Assembly: GCF_000315625.1 (NCBI RefSeq)
Contig: NW_005434603.1
Coordinates: 332,235 to 395,824 of the forward strand
DNA: 63,590 bases
Direction: 5' to 3'
Source: Guillardia theta CCMP2712
Lineage: Eukaryota > Protista > Cryptophyta
Positions 11,645 to 38,149 of the stretch are shown one piece after another (the stretch's first letter is position 1; each line of letters starts with the position of its first letter). Below the pieces are notes generated by a model that was not told the origin of the DNA, made no database searches, and worked only from the letters and a program-made list of their open reading frames with translations. The position numbers and the translations under genes are program-made.

Positions 11645-13094
11645 GTGAGGCTGATTGTCAAGATCGGTCTGAGACGACGGATCAGGGCAGGTATAAGCAG
11701 CAGGGAGGGCGAGGAGGTTTTCGTGTCCAACCACTGCTGGAGGACGTAGGATGGGAGGTCGCGTGACGGCAGAGGATTTTCAAGGAGGGCAAGAGGGCAG
11801 CCGGTTCAAGGGGTTCTTCGAGGGCAAGAGATCGCAACCATTGCAGGGATATGAATCTCAACCTCTCGGACCTCTAAGGTCTCGACCCTTCCTCTTTTCA
11901 TTAGTGGCTCAATTAGAGAATTCTCATTCTTGGCCAGCAATCGAAAGTTAACCTCGAACTGAAGACGGGCCAGCCATGCTTAAGAAAAGAGGGGGTGGGG
12001 TTCCAGAATTTGACTGGGCTGACATTTGTATGGGTTATATATCGGAAAAGGAGGGGTAGGGGTACTCACAGGGTGCAGGTACGGGAAGGGGCTGGAAGGT
12101 CCCGACTTAGCAATTTATTTTTACTACACCACTCCTTTCACTTCAGCCTCATGGCCTTTGGTACGTAAGAGTCACGTTCAACTTGTAGACGTTCACTTCC
12201 TTCACCCCCACCCCCTTTAAGTCCCTCGTGTACCCCTGCTCCTCAAAGAAAGCACTTTTAGTTTGACTTTGAGTAAAAGCACTACAGGGTCCCACCGGTC
12301 ATGAAGCACTCATATGGGTGGGTGGCTGTCATGGCCGAGGATGGCATGGAATGCTTTCTAAGATCATAAAAGTATTGTAAAGGAGCCCCCAGCAGGAAAG
12401 CGCACCTCTTGAATCCGGTGAGGAGGTTGAAGGGATGCGAAACCGGCTTCGGTTCTTTACCACACAAGTTGCAGCGAAGCAGAACTCATACCGACCGCCG
12501 GACTGCCCCCCTCCCCTCACAAATTATTTTAACTTAACTTGAGTACAATGAGCCGGCCCGAGGCTCGGAGCCTGGCCGGGCGGCCCGCTTCAAGGCTTGT
12601 ACCGGGCCGGGCCGTACTGCCGGTACTGTCGGACCACGGTACGGTACGCCGGGTACCCCGCTCCGCACCCCGGTTCACGGTTCCGATCACGGTTTGGCCT
12701 GGAGCCGACTGGCTCTTTTGAGACCGTCCGACTGAATCATTGTGTGAAGTTGGCGAGGCCCGGCGACAGCGGCAAGTTCCAAGTTCACTGAGCCTGAGTC
12801 AACTTGAATCAATGACTTCAGCAAGCTTTCAGAAGTGCCGCACGGTGCAGCATCATGGTTGCGATGAACTTAGCCGCATCATCCATGGTTGCGATGCCAA
12901 CTTCGAAATACATTCAAGTGAATGGACGAAACATCTTACGCCGCCATTCAACTCTGGCGGCAATGATTGCCAAGCAAGTTGGATTCTCACGCGGCCCGGC
13001 CAGCCGCGAGACCGGGACCACGAAACATTCCGCCGATCATCAGTTGAGTGAAGGTATCAGTTACGTTTGGGGGACAGCAGTCGGCAGGATTGGG

Positions 13095-14700
13095 TGACGG
13101 AATACAAGTTTGTTAGACTTGTACTAGTCCAAAGTCACGCAGATATCACATCGACCTTAGTTGTAACAAGACAGTTTTTGCTCAAGACCGAGTTTAATGC
13201 ACACAAATCCAGAATTGAGGAGCACATGAGAGATAGACTGTATGCTAGCATGCCAGTGAAACCCAAGCATCCAGACATGAGAGGACTCCTTAGCAAGACG
13301 GCTAGGAAAGGCCCCTCTTCGTCCGGTCCACACGTACTACATGCCGCCTCGCAAAACACGTAAGTCGTCTTGGTTTACAGGAGAGTTTTTGTGATAGTAA
13401 CTCGGCGCTATCTGACTGGCACGGCTGGCATACGTTCCATCCTCCCCCCGACTCGAGTTTCTGAAATAGTACGTTACATCGGACGTCAGAAAGTCACACA
13501 AACAAGCTTGAAGAGAATGTCAGCAGAGTTCCAAGTCAAGATACGATGATACAACGTCAAGTTCACAGTCATGCTGAGTGGGCAATAACCATTCAAGGAT
13601 TGTCCATTCTGAAGAAGAATTTCATGCAGGGCTATTAGATGGGCAGTGCAGAGATAAGGGAGATGCCTGGCGAGCTGATGCAATGACGAGAGAAGGAGGA
13701 TAAGATAAGAGAGTCTGAGGAGAGAACTTCGGAGTTCAGATAACAGAGAGAGAGAGAGAGAGAGCGTGCCCGCCGGCATTTGAAGACCAAAAGATAAATT
13801 TTGAACCGTAAAGAACTTGTGACCAGAGATTGCTGCCGCGAGATGGAACATCCGTTTCAAGGCATTCGAAGATTGTTGTGCAGTTGTACCTTGTTCGCCG
13901 ATCCAGAAGTAGCTCCAGTTATGCATGCCACAGCCTAGCTCCATGACATGAAAACTTCCGCCAGATCTCCTGGTAGTTCCATCAAGTTGATCCTACTCAA
14001 AGATCAAGAAAAATAAGAATCGAATCAGCTTCAAGTGCGTTTCCACACGGTTAAGCAGATATTCGACCAACCAATCTGGCTGGGAAAGGCTTGTTTTTCC
14101 TATTCGAAGATCAATCAAACAAATTGAGGCTGAGATAGGCCTAAACAACTTGAAGGCTTGCGGCTAGAAAGAGAGCCTGATTGAAGAGAGGAGTCATCCG
14201 AATGTGTACAGCTTGATAGAATTTGCATGAATTTTCAACAGCCTGAACGGGAAAACAATACCAAGAAAGAAAAAACTCCAGTAAACAATTCAACTAACCA
14301 AATATAAGATCAACTTACATGATTGAGCATGTAATCGAGGCTCATAACCGACGGAATACAAGTTTGTTAGACTTGTACTAGTCCAAAGTCACGCAGATAT
14401 CACATCGACCTTAGTTGTAACAAGACAGTTTTTGCTCAAGACCGAGTTTAATGCACACAAATCCAGAATTGAGGAGCACATGAGAGATAGACTGTATGCT
14501 AGCCTGGCATGTGAAACCCAAGCATCCAGACATGAGAGGACTCCTTAGCAAGACGGCTAGGAAAGGCCCCTCTTCGTCCACACGTCACTACATGCCGCCT
14601 CGCAAAACACGTAAGTCGTCTTGGTTTACAGGAGAGTTTTTGTTAACTCGGCGCTATCTGACTGGCACGGCTGGCATACGTTCGGAACTCGGAAGTTCCA
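13095..14700 (-). mobile_element. Non-autonomous Ty1/copia-type LTR retroelement (~1.6 kb)
   Basis: Direct repeats at 13095-13439 (TG...CA) and 14350-14683. On the minus strand, PBS GGTTATGAGCC (14339-14349) and PPT GGGGGGAGGA (13440-13449) abut the LTRs. Candidate 5-bp TSD TTGGG at 13090-13094 and 14704-14708. Confidence 0.85.
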
Positions 14701-14941
14701 TCATTGGGTTCAAGTTGGGCCCACTGGTGGTTCCGAGGCGGCTCGCTGTCTTTTCTCTTCTCGCCGTTTGGCCTGTGCGACAGTGTGGCAGGGTCACTGA
14801 GTCAAGCCTCCTCGTCTCTCCTCGGATTCAGTGTCCTCGTACTGATTCAAGTTTTAACCGTTAACTTTGAGTAAACTTGAACTGAGTCAATGATTCAACC
14901 GGTCCGATCACAGCGGCGCCGGGGCCCGGCCGCCCGGCCCG

Positions 14942-15186
14942 GGGCTGCCAGTTAAAAGGCAACACTGTAAATTTTCCTGTATATTTGAAATTGTACAGAA
15001 GATATTTGAAATATTATCCATGTGAAGTCGCTTCAGCATATCTTGACACTTTGTTAAAAAACAATATATGTTATGTTTGTACTGAAATGTGGGAAATAAA
15101 TTCATTTTAAGTTTTACTGGTACCAAAACGCCTCCAAAACGCCTCCAAAACGTTTTAAATATATATATTTGCCGCTGGTCAACCCG
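14942..15186. mobile_element. Possible degenerate MITE (AT-rich, ~245 bp)
   Basis: AT-rich block bounded by GGGCTGCCAG..GGCAA on the left and TTGCCGCTGGTCAACCC on the right (reverse complement GGGTTGACCAGCGGCAA), i.e. imperfect TIRs. No clear TSD. Confidence 0.35.
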
Positions 15187-15380
15187 ACATGGCTTTTCCA
15201 TAGCCAGCGCCAATCAGCTCATGCCCGCGCCGTCACATCATCCTTCCCCGCCCTGATCCCCCTCGTTTCATCTCTGCCCATCGTCCTCCTCCTCTCCTCC
15301 TGCACTTGGCATCAGTGACACGAGCAAGAGGGAAAACTCGCTGCGACAGTAGTCAGATCTTGAACCTCGGAGTTGGCGGG

Positions 15381-18300
15381 ATGTGTACTTCGTCGGAAGA
15401 GGCGAGCAGGACAAGTAGAAGGCAGCTCGACATGCCGCCGAGCTTGACTGAGAGCTCAGCTAGTGTGAGCGAAGGAGCGCAAACAACGACCAGGAGACTA
15501 CTAGATACGCCGCCAGCCCTGGGCGACATGGCAGGAGAGCCCAAGGTTAACCGGTCGACGACCTTTCCTATGATGCTCCCAAGAAGAAACGGAGCCCTCG
15601 ACGACATCGACTTCGTTCCTTGCGCTCAGCGGGACAGTGCAAACTCAGGTTCAACCTCCGTGATGCAGTGGGGCGTTTATTTCTTGCTGTAACTCGAGTC
15701 ATACTGCAGATTCGATGGGCTCGATGGAAAGCGCGGACAGCGATGTTGGGTACAACCCATGCGAATTCGTCTACATGAGCGGGATGCTGAAGAAACAGAA
15801 CCCCAACGGGATCCTGGGGACTGCCAAGGTCTTGCTCCCCGCCTTCTGTTCTGGTATCTGAACTCCCTTTCAGTTGTGGAAAAGTCGATTCTTTGAAATG
15901 GAGGACTCTTGCCTGCGATATTACATCGACGGGTCGAAAAATCAGATGCAGGGAGAGATCTTCTTCAGCAACGTGAAGTCGGTCAGTCTGAACGCAGCCA
16001 AAGGACGCCCAGGGCAGTTCGAGATCGCCACCAACGTGTTCATGAACGACGGGAAGCCAAGGATCTACGTGCTCGACGCCGGGGACGAGTCGACCGCGAA
16101 TGACTGGGTTGTCGCGATTCAGAGAAATGTGATGATGTTCAAGCAGATGATCGGGATCTTCGATCGTGAGGAGTCCAGGAGGAGCGAGGGCGGGCTGGAG
16201 GGCGATGATGGGGATGCTGACTCGACGAGGAAATCGCAAGGGGGGCGGATGCGGAGAATGAAATCTCTGACGGACCCCACGAACCTGGTAAAGCGAGTGG
16301 TGTCGGGGAACAAGAAGAGGTACATCCAGGTCAGTTGCCTTCCTCATCTTCTGTTGTCCTCTCGTCTCCTCCTCCTCTCCCTTCTCTTCCCCTCCTCTCC
16401 TCTCCTCTGTTCATCTCTGTTCTCAACTTAGTCTGCTGCTGTTTGCCCCATGATTGAGCCTTGCGTCAGGATGGTTTTGATCTGGACCTTTCATACGTTA
16501 CCACCAGTATCATCGCCATGGGCTATCCTTCGGAGGGGATGGAAGGAGTCTATCGCAACCCGTTCTCTGAGGTCTACAGGTTCTTCGAGACCTATCACCC
16601 GGACATGTACAAGGTGGGCCTTGCTCAACGTGATCAAACAAACGAACACATTGATTGACTCCGATAAAATGAGTTACTGACAGACAGTCTGACTGACTGA
16701 CTGACTGACTGACTGACTGACTGACTGACTGACTGACTGACTGACTGACTAACTGACTGACTGACTGACTGACTGACTGACTGACGTCAACCATACCAAC
16801 ACTTCATTCACACCATCCTTATACCATCTCTCATCCTGATCCTGACGATTCCTTCCCCTCCTGACCTCCTGCTGCAGATCTACAACCTCTGCTCGGAGAG
16901 GAGCTATGCTCCCGCGAAGTTTCACAACCGGGTGGAATGCTATCCGTTCGACGACCACAACGCTCCTCCTTTCGAGCTCATGCGGATCATGTGCTGCAAC
17001 GCCAGCGACTGGGTGGAGGCGCATCCCAAGCACGTGGTAGCCATCCACTGCAAGGCGGGGAAGGGGAGGACGGGCTGCATGGTATGCTCGCTCCTCCTCC
17101 ACCTCGGCATTTGCAACACAGCAGAGGAGGCGCTGTCCTTCTATGCAGCTCAGCGGACGCTGGACGGGAAGGGAGTGACTATCAGAAGTCAGATCCGTTA
17201 CGTCCACTACTTCTCCCAGAACCTCAACAAGACCCGCAGGCTGGCCGCGTACGTGCTGCAGCGAATCGTTGTGGTGTCTCCTCCCTACGCGGCGACCACG
17301 GTGACTGTGGAGGTTGAGAACAGCCCCCTGAAGAAGACCTTCACTTGCAGCGTCGACCCGATGCGCTCGCACGTGACGCTCGAGACGAACGACCTGGCGG
17401 TGGCGGGGGATGTGAAGTTCACGATCTCGTACAGGAAGCAGACGACGTTTGGAGAGAGCGAGGAGAAGCTATGCTACTTCTCTATCCATACCTCCTTCGA
17501 GTCTTGCTTCGTGTGCCTGCTCAAGAACGACCTCGATGGCGCCATCACCCGGGACAAGAAGCACGAGAAGGTCGCTTCCAACTTCACAGTCCAGCTGTTC
17601 TTCAGCAACGTGACCAAGTTCCCCGAGCACCTCAAGAAGGTACACCATCCTCTCTCCGGCATCCTCCCTCCCGAAGGAGAGGACGGAGGACTTCAAGCCG
17701 TGGTCGAGAGCACCTGCGATGGTCTCAAGATGCGAGGTGAGCTCTCAGCTGGACTCTCACGGTCTCATCCTCTGCAGGCGATCACATTGCAGGGCTGCTC
17801 AAGGCCTCGCTGCAGCTCAAGCAGGACAGCGTGAGGCACCTGCAGATGCTGAACTACCACGAGGAGGAGGAGGAGGAGGAGGAGGAGAATTCGAGCAAGT
17901 TCAGTGCTGAGCCAGCTATCTGCGAGGCTGTCATCCTCTTCGACTACGAGCCTGAGGTCGCACGCCCTCCTCCCTCTGCTCTCGCTCCCTCTTCTCTCCT
18001 CCTCCTCGCCCCTCATGTGCTTTGCAGGAACGTGAAGAGCCAGTTGATCAAAGTCTGTGCAAGTCATCCTTGTGTGTTCAATGCAACGACATTGTTGAGG
18101 TTTGCCGCATCCTGCTCCTCTGCTCTCCCTCTCTCCTCGTCCTTCCGAATCGTCCCCATCCCCCCCGGGCTGCATTCCTGCAATCACATTCTCCTATCCT
18201 CCTCTACGCTCACATCTCTCTCCTCTCCTTCAGATCCTCGTCAAGGATCGCGGGTGGTGGCTGGGCAGGAAGAAAGTAAGTTTTGCGTGCCGATTGACAC

Positions 18301-18394
18301 TCTGCTCCTCTGCTCTTCCATGACTCTCCGACAGGGCAAGATTGGCTGGCTCCCCCAGCGCTTCTGCGCGGAGATTGTCGACACAGCAAACTAG
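15381..18394 (+). CDS. PTEN: PTEN-like phosphoinositide phosphatase with N-terminal PH domain, C2 domain and C-terminal SH3 domain
   Basis: PH: SGMLKKQ...WKSRFF...DWVVAIQ. PTEN: VSGNKKRYIQDGFDLDLSYV, IIAMGYP, YPFDDHNAPP, HCKAGKGRTG. C2: GDVKFTI...CYFSIHTSF. SH3: AVILFDYEP...GWWLG...GKIGWLPQRFC. Confidence 0.9.
16688..16785. repeat. (GACT)n intronic microsatellite
   Basis: Tandem 4-mer in a PTEN intron. Confidence 0.95.
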
Positions 18395-18552
18395 AAGACT
18401 TTGTTAACAGCTGCAAGTTTTTCCGTATCGTCATCATTCCTTTAGATGTTGGCTTGTTCATAATGACGACGACGACGACGACGACGACGATCATGATGAT
18501 GACGGTGCAGCCTCGGTTTGCACTGACGCGCATGCGCAATCATAGCGAGCAG

Positions 18553-19361
18553 CTAGAGAGCTTGTTGTTGCTCGAGCTTGCTGTAAACGCAAAGAGCGAC
18601 TCCAAGGACAACCACGAGGGCCCCGACTAGAGTGATCGCGTTCGCCTGTAGCGATCAAGACTTATAAATATGAATAACAGCTCCTCGCACTTGCAATCGC
18701 GTATTACACACCTTCTCCTCCCCCAGCAACACTCCCGTCAGCTGCAGCACGCTTGCTTCAGACCTCCTCCTCCCCCGCCGCTGCTCGCACTTACCCATGT
18801 CCACATGAAGGTCAGGCTGTTGGCTATCGGAACCGCCATGGAAACATCTGCCATGCTCGCGTCAGTGGCAGACCAGGAGGCAGCGCTGGCACCTGCGGAC
18901 CCCAACGTCAGGTAGTAGAGGAGGGACCCGCACTGGTTGAGCAGGAAGGGGATCAGCCATGCCGGACGCGTGATGAGGAAGATGAGCTCCTGCGAGAAGG
19001 TGATGGTGAGCAGAGAGGGGAGGAGGAGGGAGGGAGGGAGCCAGGGCAGGATGGAGAGAGAGAAAGAGAAGGGAGAAGGGAGAAGGGAGAAGGGAAGGGA
19101 GAGCGAGGGGAGAGAGGAGCAGGGGGGGAGGGAAGCAGGAGGGGAGCTGAATGGGGGAGGGGAGGGAGAGAGAAGTAATACGTTCAGCGACTGTCGCCAT
19201 GCTGTCTTATGCTTCGGGATGTCTTGGATGCCTTGGCTGCCTCTCTTGAGCAGGGGATTCGTGCAGCCCCAGACGGCTCCGACCTTGTCATGGTGTCATG
19301 CGGAACAAGGAGAATGAAGACTCACAAGTATAAAGGACAGCGCTTGTTGAACAGTGAGCAT
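18553..19361 (-). CDS. TMEM234: Transmembrane protein 234 (EamA/DMT-like small membrane protein)
   Basis: Six exons splice to MLTVQQALSFIL|VGAVWGCTNPLLKRGSQG...|ELIFLITRPAWLIPFLLNQCGSLLYYLTLGSA|DVSMAVPIANSLTFMWTW|LTGVLLGEEK|ANAITLVGALVVVLGVALCV..., which matches the TMEM234 family signature. Confidence 0.9.
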
Positions 19362-19526
19362 CGACGCCAACGACAAGAGCCTCTCTGTTTACCTCTCCTC
19401 TCCTCTCCTTCCTCTCCTCTCCTCTCCTCTCCTCTCCTCTCCTCTCCTCTCCTCTCCTCTCCTCTCCTCTCCTCTCCTCCCCCCCCTTCACAACTCCCGT
19501 CTTTTCCGTCCCTGCCTCAGTAGTTA

Positions 19527-35125
<15,599 letters not shown>

Positions 35126-35604
35126 ATTCTCCCCTCTATCCCACGCACCCACGCACCCACCCCTCGCTCCTCTCAGTCATGTCCCACCCACCTCCTACCC
35201 GGAGGCTACATGAATTGGATCACCCGGTGACGGTAGTACCCCCTGAGGGCCTCTCAGTCCGAGTGACCGACTGGCTGCTATTGTAGCAACCGGATCTTCA
35301 TAGTGAGGACAGAGAAACTCGATCACACCACACGGCCTCTGCTAGTGGCCATGCAGCCTGAAGGCTGCACTACCCTACCCTCGGTATCATACTAGGAATA
35401 GAAGGCGAAAGGACTACCCACCGGTACTATGCAAACACTGATATCCACCCCCACCCCCTCTTGCAAGACTTTGACAAGCCCGTCAGTTGAATGAGCCGAG
35501 CACCCAGAAATACTGAGGCGGGCTTGAGTATACAGCCGCATCATGCAGAGAGCACAACACCGTCATGGCGCAAGATGAGGGGAGGAGAGAAGGCGCCGAA
35601 GAGT

Positions 35605-36564
35605 ATGAAAGACAAGACAGCAACAGCCGTGTCTTCTTTCTTGCTCATGTCGACGTTGATACTTGCTTGCTGTTCCCTTGACTTGGTTCTCGGGTGCGAT
35701 CCCCTGGATGGAAGTCCCGGGAAAAGCAACTCTTGGTCCGTCCCGTCGCTCCTGCATCTTCGAGGAGGAGGACCTGATTCCTCACCAAGGATCTCGTTGG
35801 TATGCAGTGCTCTACCTCTGAATGTCCTCGGAGTGCTGCTGACTTGAGCGTCCATGCAAGATCGACGTGACATACTGCACGGGGTGCGGGTTACCTGGTG
35901 AGTATTGCCGGTTGGTCAAGTGCAAGGAGGCGAATGCGCAAACTCTGCCCACGAGCAGGTTCAGTTGATCTCCTTTGATGACTCTGCTGGTTGTTGATGT
36001 TCGCATGCCCAGCAAAGAGGAGGCCAACAGTTCAGAGAGGAACCCATCAACCGTCGCTCAAGGTGCTGTAACTGCTGCTCGAAACTTTCCACCTCCTAAT
36101 GAATCATGGCAGCGAAACCTCCCACCGACCGAGATCCAACTCAAAAAGCTGCTCCTTTGGTCAAGATTAAAGTCTCAAACAGACGGAAAAACAAGTTTGT
36201 AACACTGGTGAGCGGCCTGGAGGGGGCACTGCCTACAGCAACTACCCTTAAGGTGGAGAGTTGGTTGTCCTTGTTACAAACTCATGCTTCATCTGAAGGA
36301 TGTCTGCAAAACAATATCCAACAAATTTGCGGTCGGAGCATCAGTCGTGAAATCAGAAGATGGTAAGCTAGACTCTGAAGTTTTCAACTTGACCCTGACT
36401 CAGGAAAATCCGATGTAATTAGCGTTCAAGGTGATGTTTCTGATAAGGTATTATGCTTTTTCAATCGCACATTTGCATTACGTGACCCCCTGCTCCTTTA
36501 GCTGAGAGAACTGATCTCAAGCAAATTCAAAATATCCCTGGAACAAATCAGACTTATCGAGTGA
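35605..36564 (+). CDS. DENR: DENR/Tma22 (SUI1-domain translation reinitiation factor) with an N-terminal signal peptide and LRGG leader
   Basis: IDVTYCTGCGLPGEYC zinc motif and SUI1 domain VKIKVSNRRKNKFVTLVSGLE...KFAVGASVVK...VISVQGDV. Leader FLLMSTLILACCSLDLVLG...LLHLRGGG. Confidence 0.85.
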
Positions 36565-36863
36565 AGGAATTTTCTCGTCGACTGAGCACTGTTGATGCCA
36601 AGACGAAAGCAGGTCTACAGTAGGCATGATGATGTTGGCAAGTTGTTACAACGCCCAAACAATCATGCACGAGTAACATTTAGCTCAAATTTGTTCTTGA
36701 ATAATCTTACTTTCAAAAGAATAGAAAAGCTAGCTTACATTCAGAACGATTTGATTGGACCCGGAACCGCAAGGGCATCTTGAATGTTAGTAGAGGGAAG
36801 AGAAACTAAGATTTCATGAGAGGTGGAAGAATTCGATGATGCGATGATGAAAGCATTCTAGCC

Positions 36864-38023
36864 TTATTTCTGCGCATATTCCAACATCTTGACCTTCAGA
36901 TCATCCCTAGGCGATCCCGAGTTTGATTTGAGGTACCATCCCACCGCATAACCGATGCCAAAGCATGGCACGGCAGTCCCCAGAACCAAAAGCAGGATCA
37001 CTTGCTTCCAGTCATAAATTGCATAAGCGTCCACTTTCTGTACAACTGAACTCAGATATTGTTGTTTGTAAAGCCTGAGAATAAAAAGTAAATGATAAAA
37101 TGGCACAACAATGGTCAAAACAGGCACCTTTCTGCAGTTTGTGCAAAATTGATTTTCCCCCCGTTGAGTCTACCTTGGCTGATAGCATGAGTCGCCAGGT
37201 AAGCATCGATTTGCATGTCGATTGGCAATGCTCTTTCGAGCAATTCTTGAGCGGCACCATAATTGATGATGTACGATGATGTCCCGTACCAAAGATGACA
37301 TGCTAACTCCTTGATATACTTGCTCTCGGGAAAATCAATAGGATCATATTTGCATCCAAAATCCTGGAAAAGGGACATGTCAACGCACAAAATGTGGAGA
37401 ACATTCTCCTACCTTGACTCCGAAAGCATCCAGAGTCAGAAAAATTCTTTCACCCGCGAACCAGCTCTGATTCCCACTTGCAACACGAATCTTGTCTAGT
37501 TGTTTCAGCGTTTCCACACTGCCTGATTGTATTGCTGCATCCTCCTGATCAAAAAGTTAATTCCAACCCAACATTCGCAGGATACTCCCACTTCAAAAAT
37601 GACGACTGTTTCCCCAGGTCTTATTTTCTTCCAAAGCTCTACATGATTGATATACAGTGCTACCGCATTCCATGAAGGAAGTTCCTGAATACATTTGCAT
37701 TAGAATTCAAAAATCGGGAAACGAATTCGGTTTACTTTGCCACTTTCCCTCCCGAACTGCAAGCTTTGCTTCGCTCTCGGTGTGAGATATTTGGAAAGAT
37801 TTTGACTTCCACGCAGCCCCATATATCTTTCTGTACGAACGCTTGGCCACAAATCAGGAGTTTCTTTCGCCGCATTCACAGTGATCCAAAAAGCTCTTGA
37901 AACATTCAATAGCAGGTGAGGATCAGCTATCTCTGGCCTTGGAATGAAGGTTGCTGGAGTCGCCAAATGTGCTAGACTTGAAAACAGGACGGCAAATAAA
38001 GCGCTTCGTTTTCTTCTCATCAT
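36864..38023 (-). CDS. Glycosyltransferase family 25-like membrane protein
   Basis: N-terminal hydrophobic segment; AVALYINHVELWKK, VVIFE, GTSSYIINYGAAQELLERALPIDMQIDAYL; C-terminal TM VILLLVLGTAVPCFGIGYAVGWYL. Confidence 0.75.
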
Positions 38024-38149
38024 TGTGCGCGAAAATCCCTTCTGCCCACGTCTGAGTGAGAGCCCAGCGATGTACAGCGTACTCAACGAAGGTCAGCAGA
38101 TTCGTCCTAGCGCGCTAGACGCAAGAGCAAGGCTGGGTCAACGTGAGAG

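Noticed and set aside
13486-13944. 152-aa ORF as a functional gene
   Set aside because: Lies inside the LTR element, includes a (CT)n run, and has only a weak RNase H-tail resemblance.
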